A DNA stretch of 64,000 nucleotides from Octopus sinensis (taxonomy: Eukaryota). The translations under genes and the position numbers were made by a program. Location of the stretch: assembly GCF_006345805.1 (NCBI RefSeq), contig NC_043001.1, positions 55,056,001 through 55,120,000 on the forward strand, written 5' to 3'. The notes beneath the pieces were generated by a model. That model ran no database searches and was not told the origin of the DNA. It saw only the letters and a program-made list of their open reading frames with translations. The first letter of the stretch is position 1, and each line of letters starts with the position of its first letter. Positions 47,306 to 61,415 of this stretch are shown piece by piece.

Positions 47306-50163
47306 CTGAAAAATAGACAAATCAACTTTTACTTTAACCACTCTCAGCAAGATGAATTAGCTACACAATTTCATATCTTTGATGAAAATCCTCATATGTT
47401 TCTCTAATGGTTTTAAGAACAAATTAATCAGTCATATCTATACTCTAACTGTGAGAAATATTCTACACAAAACCAGAATTATGTCCTAAATATTAATTCT
47501 TTCATCTTTTTTTTTCCTGAAAATGTTTATGTCTATATTATATCTACCATATATGTAGTTCTGATATTTTTAACAGTATGCAGAAACAAAAATCCTTGTA
47601 AACTATACAATGAATTAAAAAGGTTTCCATTGAAGAATCATCATCTTCATGTACTCTACAATCTATGGATAAAAAACAAAATAAAAGTTATTGTTGTTGT
47701 CATATTTTCAACAATTACATGTGCGTTTCTACTGTACCTCCAGGTGCACTTCTGGGTTTCTGAGGTATGTACAACATTGTCTTTTGAAGATGATTAATTG
47801 TGCTACACCAGTTAGTTTTGTTTAGTCTGCTTTGTTGCATTTGGTTTGTTGTTTCTGGTTTAATTTTAACATTTCATTTTATTGTGTAAAGTCTGTGGAT
47901 TATTAATTACTTTTGTCAGTATTTATAATAAAGGTTACACAAAAAAAGCTAAAAATAAACTGACTTCACTGTTGGCTAATTCACAATCAAAATCAAACAG
48001 AACGATCAACTGTAAAAAACTAAATCTAAGCCTAATTCATTGTGTGTGTGTGTGTGTATGTGTGTATATATATGTATGTATTTATATATGGATGCTAGAC
48101 CTCTTTCTTAGTGATGTGGTAATATGTAACCCAATACAACCTGTTGCTTGGTTCAGCCAGCAGTGACTAAACCTGCTACCCTATCAAGCCTGCTTGGTAA
48201 GGAGGGTGGTTTTCGTTGGACACCCTGCAAGACAATGAGTCAAAGGGTAGGTGAACTCAGTAGCACCAATGGCCATCCAACAGCTGAATTTGAGAGACCC
48301 TTAGTCTTCATGGAGACATTTCTCTAGTAGAAGGGAAACAGTGATGTAACACTTGCAACTTCATTTGCATCCAATGATGTAGACTAATTCTTTTTGGGTA
48401 AATATATGTTTTGAGAGTTGGACCAGCTCTATGCAAAACCTTTCTTCATTTCAAAAGGGTTCAAGCATGAGCTTCACTTGATATTTAAAGATCTGTATTA
48501 TTTGTTACATACTGTGGCTGGTCATAACGGTAAAAGTCAAAACACTCACTGAAAAATTCCATGATGGAATAAAGGTGTCAACATGAGCGGTAAGCTCTCT
48601 GAGCACCTACTGCCACATTCATGCTGCTCATGTTTAAGAGAAAGGTCAAGAAGTCACGCTGCTTGAAATTGAATTGCAGACATCATATATATATATATAT
48701 ATGTGCGTGTGCACACACACACACACACACACCAAGAGAGCGAAAAAGAGAGAGACAGTATGAGTGTATGTGTGTACATGTGTGAGCAATTGCTGTTTAT
48801 ATATTTTTAGGGAATGGTTGGTAGTGTAATCAATGAATATAAATAGATAGAGAAATTCATATTAATCTGATAGTCAATAATAAACAGAAGAATAAAAGAA
48901 ACCTAGAAAGCAAACGCTAAAACATTTAACTTCCTATATGGATATTTGAAATCAGACTGATCTCTATCTTATGTTTTTAATTGTTTATTTTTATTAATTT
49001 GTCCACTTTTTGTATGTTCTTTTAAAAATATTTCTTGTTTAAAATGGGGAAGACAAGAAAAAGAGAAATTTTTGATGAAACATGTTTGAATTTCACCAAT
49101 GTCATCTCATTCCTGTCAGTTATTGATTCAAATATTTTTTTTTTTTATTAAACACAGATCATCTTCAATATAACATTCATAAAACAAATAATAGCTCAAA
49201 ATTTGAAACAATTTTATGTCGTGGTTAAAGATGGAGCAATTTCATTGAATTAATTCCATTGTAACCTTTTTGAAAAGAACTGTAAGCACAATTTCAAGAG
49301 ATTCGTTGAAATAAAACATTTCTTTCAGTGTCCTGTTTTCCATATTACTTCTCAATCATTTCAATTTCCTTTTTTCTTTTTCTAAATCCAAAAAATGGTT
49401 TAAATGGAGAAATCTTAAGTTTTCAGAGATATTATTTGGAAAAAAAGAAAAAAAAAAAAAGGTTTCCATTGATTTCCTTTTTGCTTTGGTTTGATTTTGA
49501 GTTTCTGGTTGGACAAGTTGCTCTCAGCTGAGAAAGCACTCACTGTGATATAAATGTTTTCATACATAGTATGAACTGGACTGAATGACTAAAGTAAATA
49601 TCTTTTCTTTGGTTTTTTTTTCCCCCTATTAATTTGAAAACTTCAAATAATCCACAAGCTTAAAAGAAAAGGATTAAAAAAATATTTCTTTTTTTCTTCA
49701 TTTTTTTCTTTTTATATATATATATGGTTTGCAAACAGAATTTCATGACAAAAATTCTGAAACTTACTAAAATGTACAAATTGTACAGTCAACAAAACAT
49801 TATTTTTCTCTACCAAAGAATAAAATCAAATTAAAAAAAAAATTATAATTAAAAAAAAAAATTATGAGAATTAAAAAACAAAACAAAAATGAAACAAACT
49901 GTAATTAAATCCTTAACCATTATCACAATTATTTTTTTTTATTTCTTAATTTAACAAACTTACTTTTCCATAATTGAAGAGAGAAGAATTTATAGCAAAT
50001 CAAATATTGTACTGACTTGTAAACCTAAAATACAGGTTTACTACATCATTTTTACCATTAATTGCTGTTGTTGCTGTAGCTAAGATTAAGGGGGATTTAT
50101 ATTAAGTAGTTGACTACTGATATATGGAGGGAATGGATTAATCCTGGCTTATTGACAACATAC

Positions 50164-50191
50164 CACTGTCAGCATTACGACATTGTTTTCT
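50164..50191 (-). CDS. Candidate 28-nt internal exon (RKQCRNADS-G, or ENNVVMLTV)
   Basis: Acceptor TTATTTGTTACCAATTCCAG and donor G|GTATGT. Confidence 0.25.
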
Positions 50192-50878
50192 CTGGAATTG
50201 GTAACAAATAAGTCAGTTAGCAGGAATGGTAACTTGAGAAGTTAATTTGAAGTTATTAGAGTGTTTAAATAATATAATACTTAATCAATGTGGTGGTGAT
50301 GATGATGATGATGATGATGATGATGGTGGTGGTGATGATAGTTTCTAGCTGTTGGTCAAATTTTGTCTGTTGAAGGAACTAGAAAGTAATGACCACCGAT
50401 ACATTTCTCAAATGCCAACAACATACAACTAAAAAAAAAGTACAGAAAGGACATTATATAGAATTTTTCCAGGTTTCCAAAAAGTAAAAAGAAAGAGACT
50501 ACATAAATTTACTTCACCCTAGAAAAATCTCACAAAACTCCAATTAGTAATGTAAAATTGAAATTTGTGTTAGAAACTAAAAATGTTTAATACACTGACT
50601 AATGAAGTAGGTGAATTATAAAGCATATAGTCTCATCGTTTCATTTTGATGGTCACTTTTTCCATGCTGGCATGGGTTGGACAAGACTTCTTAAAGCAGT
50701 GGTCTACAGCTAGTTGCCTTTCCTGGTGCCGGCCTTACTTGTTTCCATGTAAAGTGCTAATACCACTGTTATCTGCACATCAAACCATTGAGCTGCAAGG
50801 TTTAATGCTTATATGAAACAAAAACATCAGAGCTGCCCAAGCAGTGTCAATGCAGAGGCAATCATACACACACACACA

Positions 50879-50928
<50 letters not shown>

Positions 50929-51001
50929 CACACACACGTTGGCTGTTGTACAGTTTCTGTCCACCAAACTTTATTCATTAAGCAATGGTCACTCTTGCAC
51001 C

Positions 51002-51043
<42 letters not shown>

Positions 51044-51595
51044 AATGTAGATATTATTCAATGTACACTGCATACAGTTACAAATTACTAAAAGTTTCAT
51101 GCATTGGAAATGTAGTCTGGGCAAGTTTCAATAACACACCTTGCGTTATTTGACAAGTTATTAAAATTTGACTAGACTACATCTCGAATGCATGAAGCTA
51201 TTAATAGCTGGTACCTTTATACTGTGTACATTAAATAACATTTATCTCTCACTGGATGTAGTGCTTTTTTGTTGATCTTACCTTAACAGAAAAGTAAACT
51301 GTATGCAATATTGCAGTTAAACCAAATAGTGATATTTTGAAATCATTTAATACATATGTTTCATGTCTGCATAATATATAATATGAATTGCACCTATTAC
51401 ATAAAAACTTCCTCAGCTAAAACATACAAAATGTTCAAAGATATTTTAGTTTGACTTCATTATTACAACTTATATGACTTGATGCCAGTACTAACTAGCT
51501 ACTTATGTGGATACTCTGACAATAATTCGGAGTGGTATATTTGACTTGAGCTGATAATTCTGGTACCATGCACAGATTCTTAGTATAACACAAAA

Positions 51596-51650
<55 letters not shown>

Positions 51651-52224
51651 AGTATGTATGTATGTATATGTGTGTGTGTATATATATATATACCGATAGA
51701 TATAAATACATACACATAGAATGTATGTATAAAAGAACCAAAGAAAGTAAAACAAAGAAAAAACAAAGTGAGCATCAACAATGAAATTTTAACAATCAGT
51801 TTTCTGATATTTTTGCCAGTTATTCTGTATGTCTTGTAATCCCATGTTCATTCATTACATACATATGAATAATCATTGCTTATGAATAAATTAACAAATT
51901 AATAAAGAGTAATTTGGTTATAGTAGAAGAAGTGAGAGCAAATTGCTTTTGCTTGTTAATTCTTAATGATTAAACAACTAATTATAATAATTGATCAACC
52001 ATCAACTATATAATAAGCAAGGGGGTTTATTTTGGCAACAGGCCAACCTTTGCAGGGAACAGATTTCTGTTGATTGAATCAATCTCAGTAGCCAACATAT
52101 TTTATTGGTTCTGACTGGATTTGCCAACAGAACTTAAAGTCTAAACCAAATGTATTCATTTACTTTATTGCAGTAATATTTGTGCACTTCCTCTGTCCTT
52201 AATAATAATAATAATAATGTTTGT

Positions 52225-52624
52225 CACTAATATAGGTATAATATCAGCGATTTGGGAGGAGGGGAACAGTCTATTATATTGATGCCAGTACTATTAAATA
52301 TATCATATCATTGCCAATACTTGACTGATATTTTATATTACTGACCCTGGAGGGATGAAAGAGAATGTTGACCACATCAGGATTTGAACTTAGAATGTAA
52401 AAAGTTGGAAACAAATATCACAAAGTATTTTGCACCAGGCCAGCAATTTTGGGGAAGGAGCAAGTTTTTTACATCAACCCCAGTACTCGACTGATACATA
52501 TTTTATTGACACCAAAAGGAAGGTGAAGTAGACCCTGATGGAATTTGAACTCAGAATGTAAAGCCAGGAGAAATACTGCTAAGCATTATGTGTGGTGCGG
52601 TAATGATTCTGTCAGCTCACCACC

Positions 52625-52627
<3 letters not shown>
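52225..52627 (-). mobile_element. Two head-to-tail SINEs (third family)
   Basis: ggatttgaact(t/c)agaatgtaaa occurs twice. Confidence 0.8.
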
Positions 52628-52656
<29 letters not shown>

Positions 52657-53687
52657 TGTTTGCAACATAAATATTATGGTACAAATCTGGAAGCAGAGAA
52701 CTGTTATATACATCAGCTACAGTGTTTCACTGATACTTATTTCATAGACTCCCTCAAGAAGGATGAAAGGGTATGTTCACTTGAGTGGAATTTGAACTAA
52801 AAAATATAGAGATTTAACAAAACACTGCAATGCTTTTTCACCACCCTTTCTGTAATAGATCATCCCATAAACAGAGATTTGCATTGTTTCGTTATGCCAC
52901 AGATTTTTATGGGTGGGTTTTGGTGGAAAGAGTCAACTGACTCCACTCCAGCCATGACTCGTAATTTTCTTTCTCAGCAATCTCCAAGTAACTAGAGGTG
53001 AATGCAAGTCTTGTAGGAAAGGGTGTGTGGGATTTAAAGTGAAACTGAATACAGTCAAACATTCAATATGGACAAATGCTTTCTCTACTAACAGCGCAAC
53101 CTCCCCCGGGCTTAATGATAATAATAATAATAAACTTTTCTCACATTGAGACAAGACTAACATTTTTGAACCTACATCAGGGAGTACCTGGGACTTATGT
53201 CTATCTCTCAAATTTAAACAGTTTGAAGGACAAAGCCTTATGAGAGTTTGAAGTATATAAAAAAGAGGAATGAGAAAGAATATCATACAAATTTCTGTCC
53301 AACTTTATAGCGTTTCAAACAGCCAGCTATTTTAATCAAGTATAATACTGGGCATGAAATTTGCATTTGAAATCTGAATAACTGAATTATTGTAACACAA
53401 CTATAATACCAAACACAATATATATATGTATACATATATATATATATATATACGCACGCACACACATATATATGCACAGACATATATGCATACACAGGCA
53501 TATATATATGTGTGTGTGTGTATATATATAAAAACATATATACATATATACACACATGTACATAAATATATATATATATATACATACACACATACAAACA
53601 CAATATATATACACATAAAAACATCTATATATATAAGCATTAAATAGAACGGCTTTAAATATACTGTACAGTTCAGTAATCCAGTTG

Positions 53688-53800
53688 TCATGTTATAAAG
53701 ATATCAAGAGTTCCTTTAACAATTAGAACTGGATTTGAGGCAGATGGTATAGATAACAGAGCTAATTCTAGTTGGGTCTGTTCAGTGTTCGATGATACAG
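53688..53800 (-). CDS. Candidate terminal exon ((A)VSSNTEQTQLELALLSIPSASNPVLIVKGTLDIFIT-stop)
   Basis: Acceptor TAATTTAATCAGCTTTAG; phase 1 is by far the longest frame. Confidence 0.25.
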
Positions 53801-54309
53801 CTAAAGCTGATTAAATTATTGCTGGCAATATAGAGTCTGGTTTAATCAATCATAATAGTTTCTACAAAATTAACCTTGTAGTTTTATTCAAATAGATCAC
53901 CATCATCAACACCATTGATGTTAATCAATAGAAAATCCATATATATTTTGATTTCTTCTTATTTTCATTTGTTGGTAATTATCAGATTTTTTTTTACTTA
54001 ATGTTTAATATTTTTTTTTTAATAAAATATTTACTTTGCTGAAAACAGAAGAGAATTTTCTAGTAACTCTGTGTGTATAGAAACCTTTACATCATAACTG
54101 ATTCACTTGATAAAAATAACCTTGAGCTGAATTTTTCTACACATGTGTGAGTTTCCTCTCAATATTTTATTTTTTCTTACTTTTCTAAAAACTTTTTAAA
54201 ATTTATTTTTAAATATAATTTTTTTAAAATTTCGCTATAAAATAATTATATTTATAATTATTGTTTTAATTATTACTGTCCTTATGTTTTCAGTAATTTA
54301 TTATTATTA

Positions 54310-54347
<38 letters not shown>

Positions 54348-55822
54348 TATTATTATTATTAGGGGTAAACAAATATTTTGTTGAGGCTCTATCTTTAGAA
54401 ATAGTTTCTTAAAACAACTGTCATTCACTTTCAGTTTGAACCCCAATGCATATAAATGGCCCTTTTTAAAATTTCCCTATTGCTTAAGTTACAAAGAAAT
54501 CAATAAATTAAGAAATAAAACAATCATTAGAAAATAAGAAAAAAAATCATGAAAAAAATGGAAAAAAGGCAAGCAAACACAACAAATAAACAAACAAAAA
54601 TAACTTTTTTCAATTTTTCTTTTTTTTTCTTATTTACTTCTTTTGTATTTTTCTTCATTTTTTTTAAAGATTCAAGTTTAAAATATATCAGTGGATGGTT
54701 GGGGTGGGGGATGGGAGAGATGCCAAAATTGTAATAAAAAAATCCATACCTGGAGCATGTAAGTATTGTTTTATAGTTGTTGCTTTTACTGGTATTGTTT
54801 TTTGAGTTTGTGGGTTGGTGGGATGGTTTGGGAGAAGGATTTGTTGTTGCTCCAGCGCCACAATCAATGGAAATGGTAAAAAAAAAAGATTTCTGCTAGA
54901 TATGTATTTTGACAAACACTTTGATTGATATAACATCTGACGTGTATTGTCAGCCATAGAATTGGTTCATTCAGCTTCCTGTCTCAAGATATTATTTATA
55001 TTTATATAATTTTTCATTATTGTATCTTATATTTGGTTATGTATTATTCCAAAGTTGTTTTTTTATGTTACATTTTCCTTTATTTCAATTCACATTTTGT
55101 TATCCTTTCCTTATCTTAATATTTCAACTAATTCAGTTTTAGATAGGGGAAAAAATATTTAATAATGATAATAATAATAAAAACAAAAATGCCAGAGCAG
55201 GAAAATGACGGTATTCAGTCAGTTTTTCTTTTTGTATACGAAGGAGGGTGAGGTGGTGGAGAGATTGGTAAATCAGATAGATGAGACGTGGGGCAGGAGG
55301 GTTATGAAATTCTTTAAAAATATTTTTTGTTTTATTTTCTCACTTTTATCCTGGAAGATTCTTGTAGATAAATGTAAAAAAAATTAACAACAAAATAACA
55401 AAAACAAAACAGAAGAGCAATGTCAAAAAATAAAATTCTCAAGAATTACTCAGAGGGAACATTTCTTGACTTTTTTTTTGTTCTTAATAAAAAAAATTAC
55501 TTTTCCACAAAAGCATAAATTTCCCTTAAAACTTCTCTCCTCTTACTTATCTGATTTCTTTCTCTCCCTTCATCTGTTTATATATCTTGACTAAAACCCC
55601 TATTTCCTAACCCAGTTAGTGAATGGCAGGAAATAAGGGAAAATAACCTGGCTAAAGATGAGACTTTTTCGTATGTGCATCTTTCTTCCCCATATGTAAT
55701 ATCACTGACAATTTATAACATAAAAACACAAGAACACACCACTTAATATATACACATATATATATAATGTACATATGTGTATTTATAAATGTGGGAGTAT
55801 GTGTGTATGTATGTACACATAC

Positions 55823-55865
<43 letters not shown>

Positions 55866-56099
55866 AGAGTGAGAGAGATGGGGATTTGCATACAGTATGT
55901 TAATGGGATTTTTGAAGTGACTCAAATTTTGTGGCCGACAAAAACTTACTATGTTTGGAATAAATTAAGCTTTTTTTCCCCCATGTGTATTTACCACCTA
56001 TATATATACACAGACACACACACACACATATAGATATGAGTGTGTGTGATGGGTTTTTTACACACACATGCATGTTTTTATGTACCTACTCCAAAACAT

Positions 56100-57240
56100 A
56101 GAGACATTCTTTAATAGAATAATGCAGGTGTATTCAGAGACAAGAGAATCATCATTGCAAATGGTACAAGTGGACATATACAGCTGATTCACTTGCAAAA
56201 TGAATAATATTGACATTCATTGCATTCAGCCTGTAGGGGAAAGCTGAAGCTAAAGCTGACAAAAGTAAACTTCTTGGATGTCACATTTGATTTAGCTACA
56301 GGATTATATGAACTGTTAAAGAAACCAAACACCTCCCCTGTATATCCATCCATGCAAAATCAAAGCCACTACCTTAGCATCATCAGACAAATATCCAACA
56401 GCATCAGCAAAGAAATATGGTCTTTATCCTCAAATGAAATCCCATTCAACAAAGCTGCGGAAACTGAAATGAAGTGCTGCAAAGCTGTCAGTAAAGAAGG
56501 TTAAACACTCACTGGAGACAAACAACAACTATCCCAACCACACAAGCTAGAGGTACATTATATATCCATCATATGACAACAATGTAAAACAAGTGTTACA
56601 GAAACCTTCTTATTTATCAGTAAACACTTCCTAAACAGTCGACCATCTATTCTACAAGAGTAATGTAAAGGTGAGCTTTAGATGTATGAGGAATATGCTT
56701 AGCATCATAATGTGCCTCATTGCAGATATCCTATGTCAACACCAATGAAGAGAAGATCAAACATGTAAGTGCTGCAAAATATTGAGATCTGACACATGAA
56801 AAGCAAATGTCTAAAAGAAATATTGTACTGTGCCACTGTAATCTACAACAATACTTTGACTTGCTATATAGGGTTAACTGAAAATACATTCAAAAGTTGC
56901 CAGCACCAACAATGCATGACATTCTACTTCCATACCTGGAAATGTTCACTGCATTATCTAAACACATTTGGAAAGCAAAGAATGCAGGAATGAGAATACA
57001 GATCATCTGGGCAATCATAAATAGAGCATCAGTATACAGAATCTGATCAGATTCAGCAAACAGAATCTGACCCAAAGTCTGCAACCTCAGCATCAGAGAG
57101 AACCACCTCAATCATACACAAAAGATCTGAACTCATTTCCACTTGCTGGCATATACCAAAATTTCAGCTACTTAATTAAGAAGCAAACTCAAATTCATTT
57201 AACTGATGTAAAGAATTTACTTTGCCAATGACATGTCAAT
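56100..57240 (+). mobile_element. Decayed Penelope-like element (RT C-terminus plus GIY-YIG endonuclease)
   Basis: KVNFLDVTFDL...IIRQISNSISKEIWSLSSNEIPFNKAA (ORF 56220-56504) and CLKEILYCATV...YIGLTENTFK (ORF 56796-56993). Confidence 0.88.
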
Positions 57241-57631
57241 AGCATATGACCAGTCACATATCAAAGCACACAACATGAACAACCAGGTGTTTAACCCTAA
57301 GGCAGAAGCACATGTTGATGCTGCTGATACCTTCCAAAAGAGAAACCATCATAGACAACACATCTGACTGGCTTTAAAGACAATCTGCTAATATCAGTCA
57401 ATATGAAGAAGCATCATTGACAATACTAACAAACACTTAACCTATCACTTGAACCACTACTTCACTAGGTGTTCAACAACTTTATATGTATAAACAAGCT
57501 CTCTACTTTATTTCAGACTCAGACTTACTGATGGGCACACTTAACTAATGTCAACTATATGAAGCCTTCAGGAATGAGGAAAAAATCTAGTTTAGATAAA
57601 ACACAATCACAAACACACACATACAAATTTT

Positions 57632-57680
<49 letters not shown>

Positions 57681-58730
57681 CACACACACACATTTATATA
57701 CAAATATATACATACATATATATATGTATATGTACATACACACATGTTTATATGCAAACCAACACACACACACACACATATATATAAATATCAGCATGTT
57801 TATTTCAGAAAGTAAATTTCCACAGATGATAACACTGAATACTATTTTATAATGTATCTCAGCATAAAGCATTTATAATAGTTGACTATGTGTGTGTGTA
57901 TGTGTATATACATATATAATACATACTTATGTGAGTAAATATATATATTTATTTGTGTGTGTATGTATCAACTGATAACAAATGCAAAAATTGATGACTG
58001 AAAGTTACTGAAGTAATCTTTGGCAAATTGAAAAAAGAAACTTCCATGTATCTAAGTCATTAATGAATTTCTTTTGTCTGTTATAAATAGATATACACAA
58101 ACCCTTATAAACACAAACACGCACATAAAATTATGTAGCTTCAGGCATTTTCTTGTAGTTAAAAAGGTCATTTTACTCAGTAGTTCTAAGTTCATTTCCA
58201 TTTGCAGGGTTCCTTGGGCAATTGTTGTTTCTATAACCACAACTTGAGTAACGAGTAGAATTTGGTAGATGGAAACTGTAAGTTCGTGATAGGAATCAAA
58301 TTTAATTGCTTCTGTAGGAATGAATAAACTGAGGAATCCAAAGCCAAACCAAGAATAATCTTGTATAAATACCAACAAAGCCCTGTATATGTTCTACAAG
58401 ATTCCCAAAAAATCAAATGTGACTTGATCTTACCTGAAACATTATATGCTTATATATATGCATATATATGTGTGTGTGTACATGCATGCCTCTACACACA
58501 CACACACACACACATAGGTACAACAAAAATTTCTTATATTTTACAGTTTTTGGTATAGTGCCATTGAAGTTAAACCATTGCTAATGGTGTTTTCATGTAG
58601 GTAAAGTTTTACTGTTATTTATTTTTTCTTTTAGTTACCATCATGCTTTGCACTAGTGCACACCATGCATTTCTACTTGAATCATTTTTCAAGAATAGTG
58701 AATGCAGGATGATTTTTGCTGCACATCATT

Positions 58731-58734
<4 letters not shown>

Positions 58735-58818
<84 letters not shown>

Positions 58819-58934
58819 CACGCACAAACAAATGCATATATATATTCACATATATTCATATGCACACATATATACAGCCATATATATGTATACTTGTGTC
58901 TCTTTCCCTCTCTATCTATCTATCTATCTATCTG

Positions 58935-58970
<36 letters not shown>

Positions 58971-58980
58971 CCTATCTATT
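58735..58980. repeat. (TA)n followed by (TCTA)n microsatellites
   Basis: Directly visible. Confidence 0.95.
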
Positions 58981-59169
58981 TATGTACCAAGATATAATAA
59001 GAACTAGGTATATCTATCTTACTGGTTGGGTCTACAGCTAAAAAAGCTGAAGCATGGAGGAAAAATACAATAGATTTATAAAATCTTTTTATCTCTTTTT
59101 CTTTTGTTTCTTCCTTTTTGTCATTCTTATTAAATTTTTCTGGTTCATTTCATTTTCCCGTTTGCTTGT

Positions 59170-59290
59170 AATGAATCATCATCATCATCATCATCAACAT
59201 TATCCTCACCATCATCATCATCACCACCATCATCATCAATATAATTATCATCATTATAATTATTATAATTATTGTTATTATTGTTGTTAT
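59170..59290. repeat. (CAT)n/(ATT)n trinucleotide tract
   Basis: Directly visible. Similar tracts lie at 13050-13140, 50290-50340 and 54290-54360. Confidence 0.95.
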
Positions 59291-60014
59291 GAAATCATTT
59301 TGCTCAAGTTACACTGAATGTTGGCCTGCTTTGACACTCTAAAGTTGTCATTCAGAGATTGTTTCTTGGAAGGAATTTTAAGGAAAGGGTTCCAGAAAAA
59401 AAAAACTTTTGGGAGCAACTCCATCTTGAGATTCTTTTCTGCTTAGCAGCAGCAGCAGCAGTAGTAGTTTGTCTTTATGTAGCATTATCTTGCACTCATT
59501 ATACACATACATGCACATCTAAAGGATTGTTTGTTGTTTTTCACATGCACATTTGATACCAATATAATATGGTATCTATGACAATAGGGACCGGGTGAGG
59601 GATGGGGTGGGTATATAGGCAGGTACAGGGGGCAAGAGCGAAGACGAATCTTCAAAATTCAGATGCAGGCAGTGAATATTGAAAAGAAAATGAAAACAAA
59701 ATAATGAAGTAGGGGTTGGCAAGGGAGTGATGTAGAGGGGGATGTGTGAGAAATACCTAATTTAAAGAAAGAGAACACAGTAAAAAAATTTTAAAAATTT
59801 AAATTAAAAAAAACAAAACAAGAAGAAATAGAAAGGATAATTTTTGGAAAAAAATGTATTATTCATATGAGAGAAACCATTTTTGGTAACAGCATTCAGA
59901 AATTAATTAACCCAAGCCCACCACAACCACACGTCCTACCCCACCTCACCTCACCAAACATTTAGCCCAAAGGTCTTGAAAAAAGAAAAGAAAAGAGGAA
60001 AGAAATGTTTAAAT

Positions 60015-60088
60015 CTACAAATTAAAGCATTGAGAAGTGGGGAAGGTTTTGAAATTTGTAAGAATTGCTGGAATTGCAGTCTTTACAC
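60015..60088 (-). CDS. Candidate terminal exon ((G)VKTAIPAILTNFKTFPTSQCFNL-stop)
   Basis: Good pyrimidine tract TATATTTTCTTTTGCT but an AAG acceptor. Confidence 0.2.
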
Positions 60089-60371
60089 CTTAGCAAAAGA
60101 AAATATAAAGCTCATCACCAAAAATAGGTATGTGTATGTTTTATATGTTGTGTATGTTTATTTATGCACATGTGTATGTATGGGCATATGCAAGTATACT
60201 TGCATGTACACACATGTAAACACATACGCTTACTCACATACATATGTGTGTGTGAGTATATATCTGTTTGTCTGTGTGTATGTATGTATGTATGTATGTT
60301 TAGAAATTCTTAATTGGCCACTAAAAATGATGATTCTATGATAAATTATTCAGGGTCTGGAGTAGAAGAAT

Positions 60372-60403
60372 TTAATTTTGGTCATTTACTATACTTCTGG
60401 TTC
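60372..60403 (-). CDS. Candidate terminal exon ((G)TRSIVNDQN-stop)
   Basis: Very strong acceptor AACTTTTACTTTTCTTTTGTTTTTCAG|G; all three frames close within 11 codons. Confidence 0.3.
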
Positions 60404-60519
60404 CTGAAAAACAAAAGAAAAGTAAAAGTTACAATAATGAAACAATACAGAGATTAGAGAGCACAATTATTATTACACATATTTATCAATAATGATAAAA
60501 ATAACAACAATAACAATAA

Positions 60520-60977
60520 TTATTCTTTCAAATTTTGACACAAGGCCAGCAGTTTTGAGGGGAGGGAGCAAGTTGATTACATTGACTCGTACTATATTTT
60601 TATCAACCTCAGAAGGAAAAAAGTTAAAGTTGACCTCAGTGGGATTTGAACTCAGAATGTAAAGAGTCAGAAGTGCTGAAAAACATGATTTCTGATGTAC
60701 AAACAATTCTGCTAACTCACTGCCATAATAATAATAATAACAATAACAACAACACTAATAATCCTTTCTACTATAGGCATAAGGCCTGGATTTTGTGGGA
60801 GGGCGACAGTCAATCACATTGACCCCAGTACTTGACTGGTACTTAATTTATCAACCCCAAAAGGATGAAAGGCAAAGTCAACCTTGGCGGAATTTGAACT
60901 CAGAATGTTGCAGCAGATGAAATACCGCTAAGCATTTTGCCTGGCGTGCTAATGATTCTGCCAGCTTGCCGCCTTAA
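60520..60977 (-). mobile_element. Two head-to-tail SINEs (third family)
   Basis: gatttgaactcagaatgt at about 60645 and 60893; the second copy is close to consensus. Confidence 0.85.
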
Positions 60978-61015
60978 CAACATTACTAATAATACTAATA
61001 ATAATGATCAGAATA

Positions 61016-61415
61016 CTCTTTACTCTCTTTTACTTGTTTCAGTCATGTAACCGTGGCCATGCTGGAGTACCACCTTTAGTCGAGTGAAACGACCCCAGGA
61101 CTTATTCTTTGTAAGCCTAGTACTTATTCTATCGGTCTCTTTTGCCAAACCGCTAAATTACGGGGATGTAAACACACCAGCATTGGTTGTCAAGCGATGT
61201 TGGGGGTGACAAATACAGACACACAAACATATACACACACATATATATATATATATACATATATATGATGGGCTTCTTTCAGTTTCCGTCTACCAAATTT
61301 ACTCACGAAGCTTTGGTCAGCCCGAGGCTAGAGTAGAAGTGCCACGCAGTGGGACTGAACCTGGAACCATGTGGTTTGTAAGCAAGCTACTTACAACACA
61401 GCAACTCCTACGCCT
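61016..61415 (-). mobile_element. Full-length composite SINE (young)
   Basis: Reverse complement of the 9699-10079 architecture. Confidence 0.88.

Noticed and set aside
52933-53286. 117-aa minus ORF and an overlapping plus-strand open frame (NLQVTRGECKSCRKGC...)
   Set aside because: No recognisable family, it includes an (AAT)n tract, and splice support is weak or ambiguous.
54688-54957. ORF with a strong internal phase-1 donor (CAG|GTATGG at 54750/54749)
   Set aside because: No convincing acceptor: the upstream AG puts a T10 run in the exon and the later AG lacks a pyrimidine tract.
59054-59317. Poly-His ORF (plus) and poly-Asp/Asn frame (minus)
   Set aside because: Produced by (CAT)n/(ATT)n repeats. 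The minus frame has a stop immediately upstream and no acceptor.
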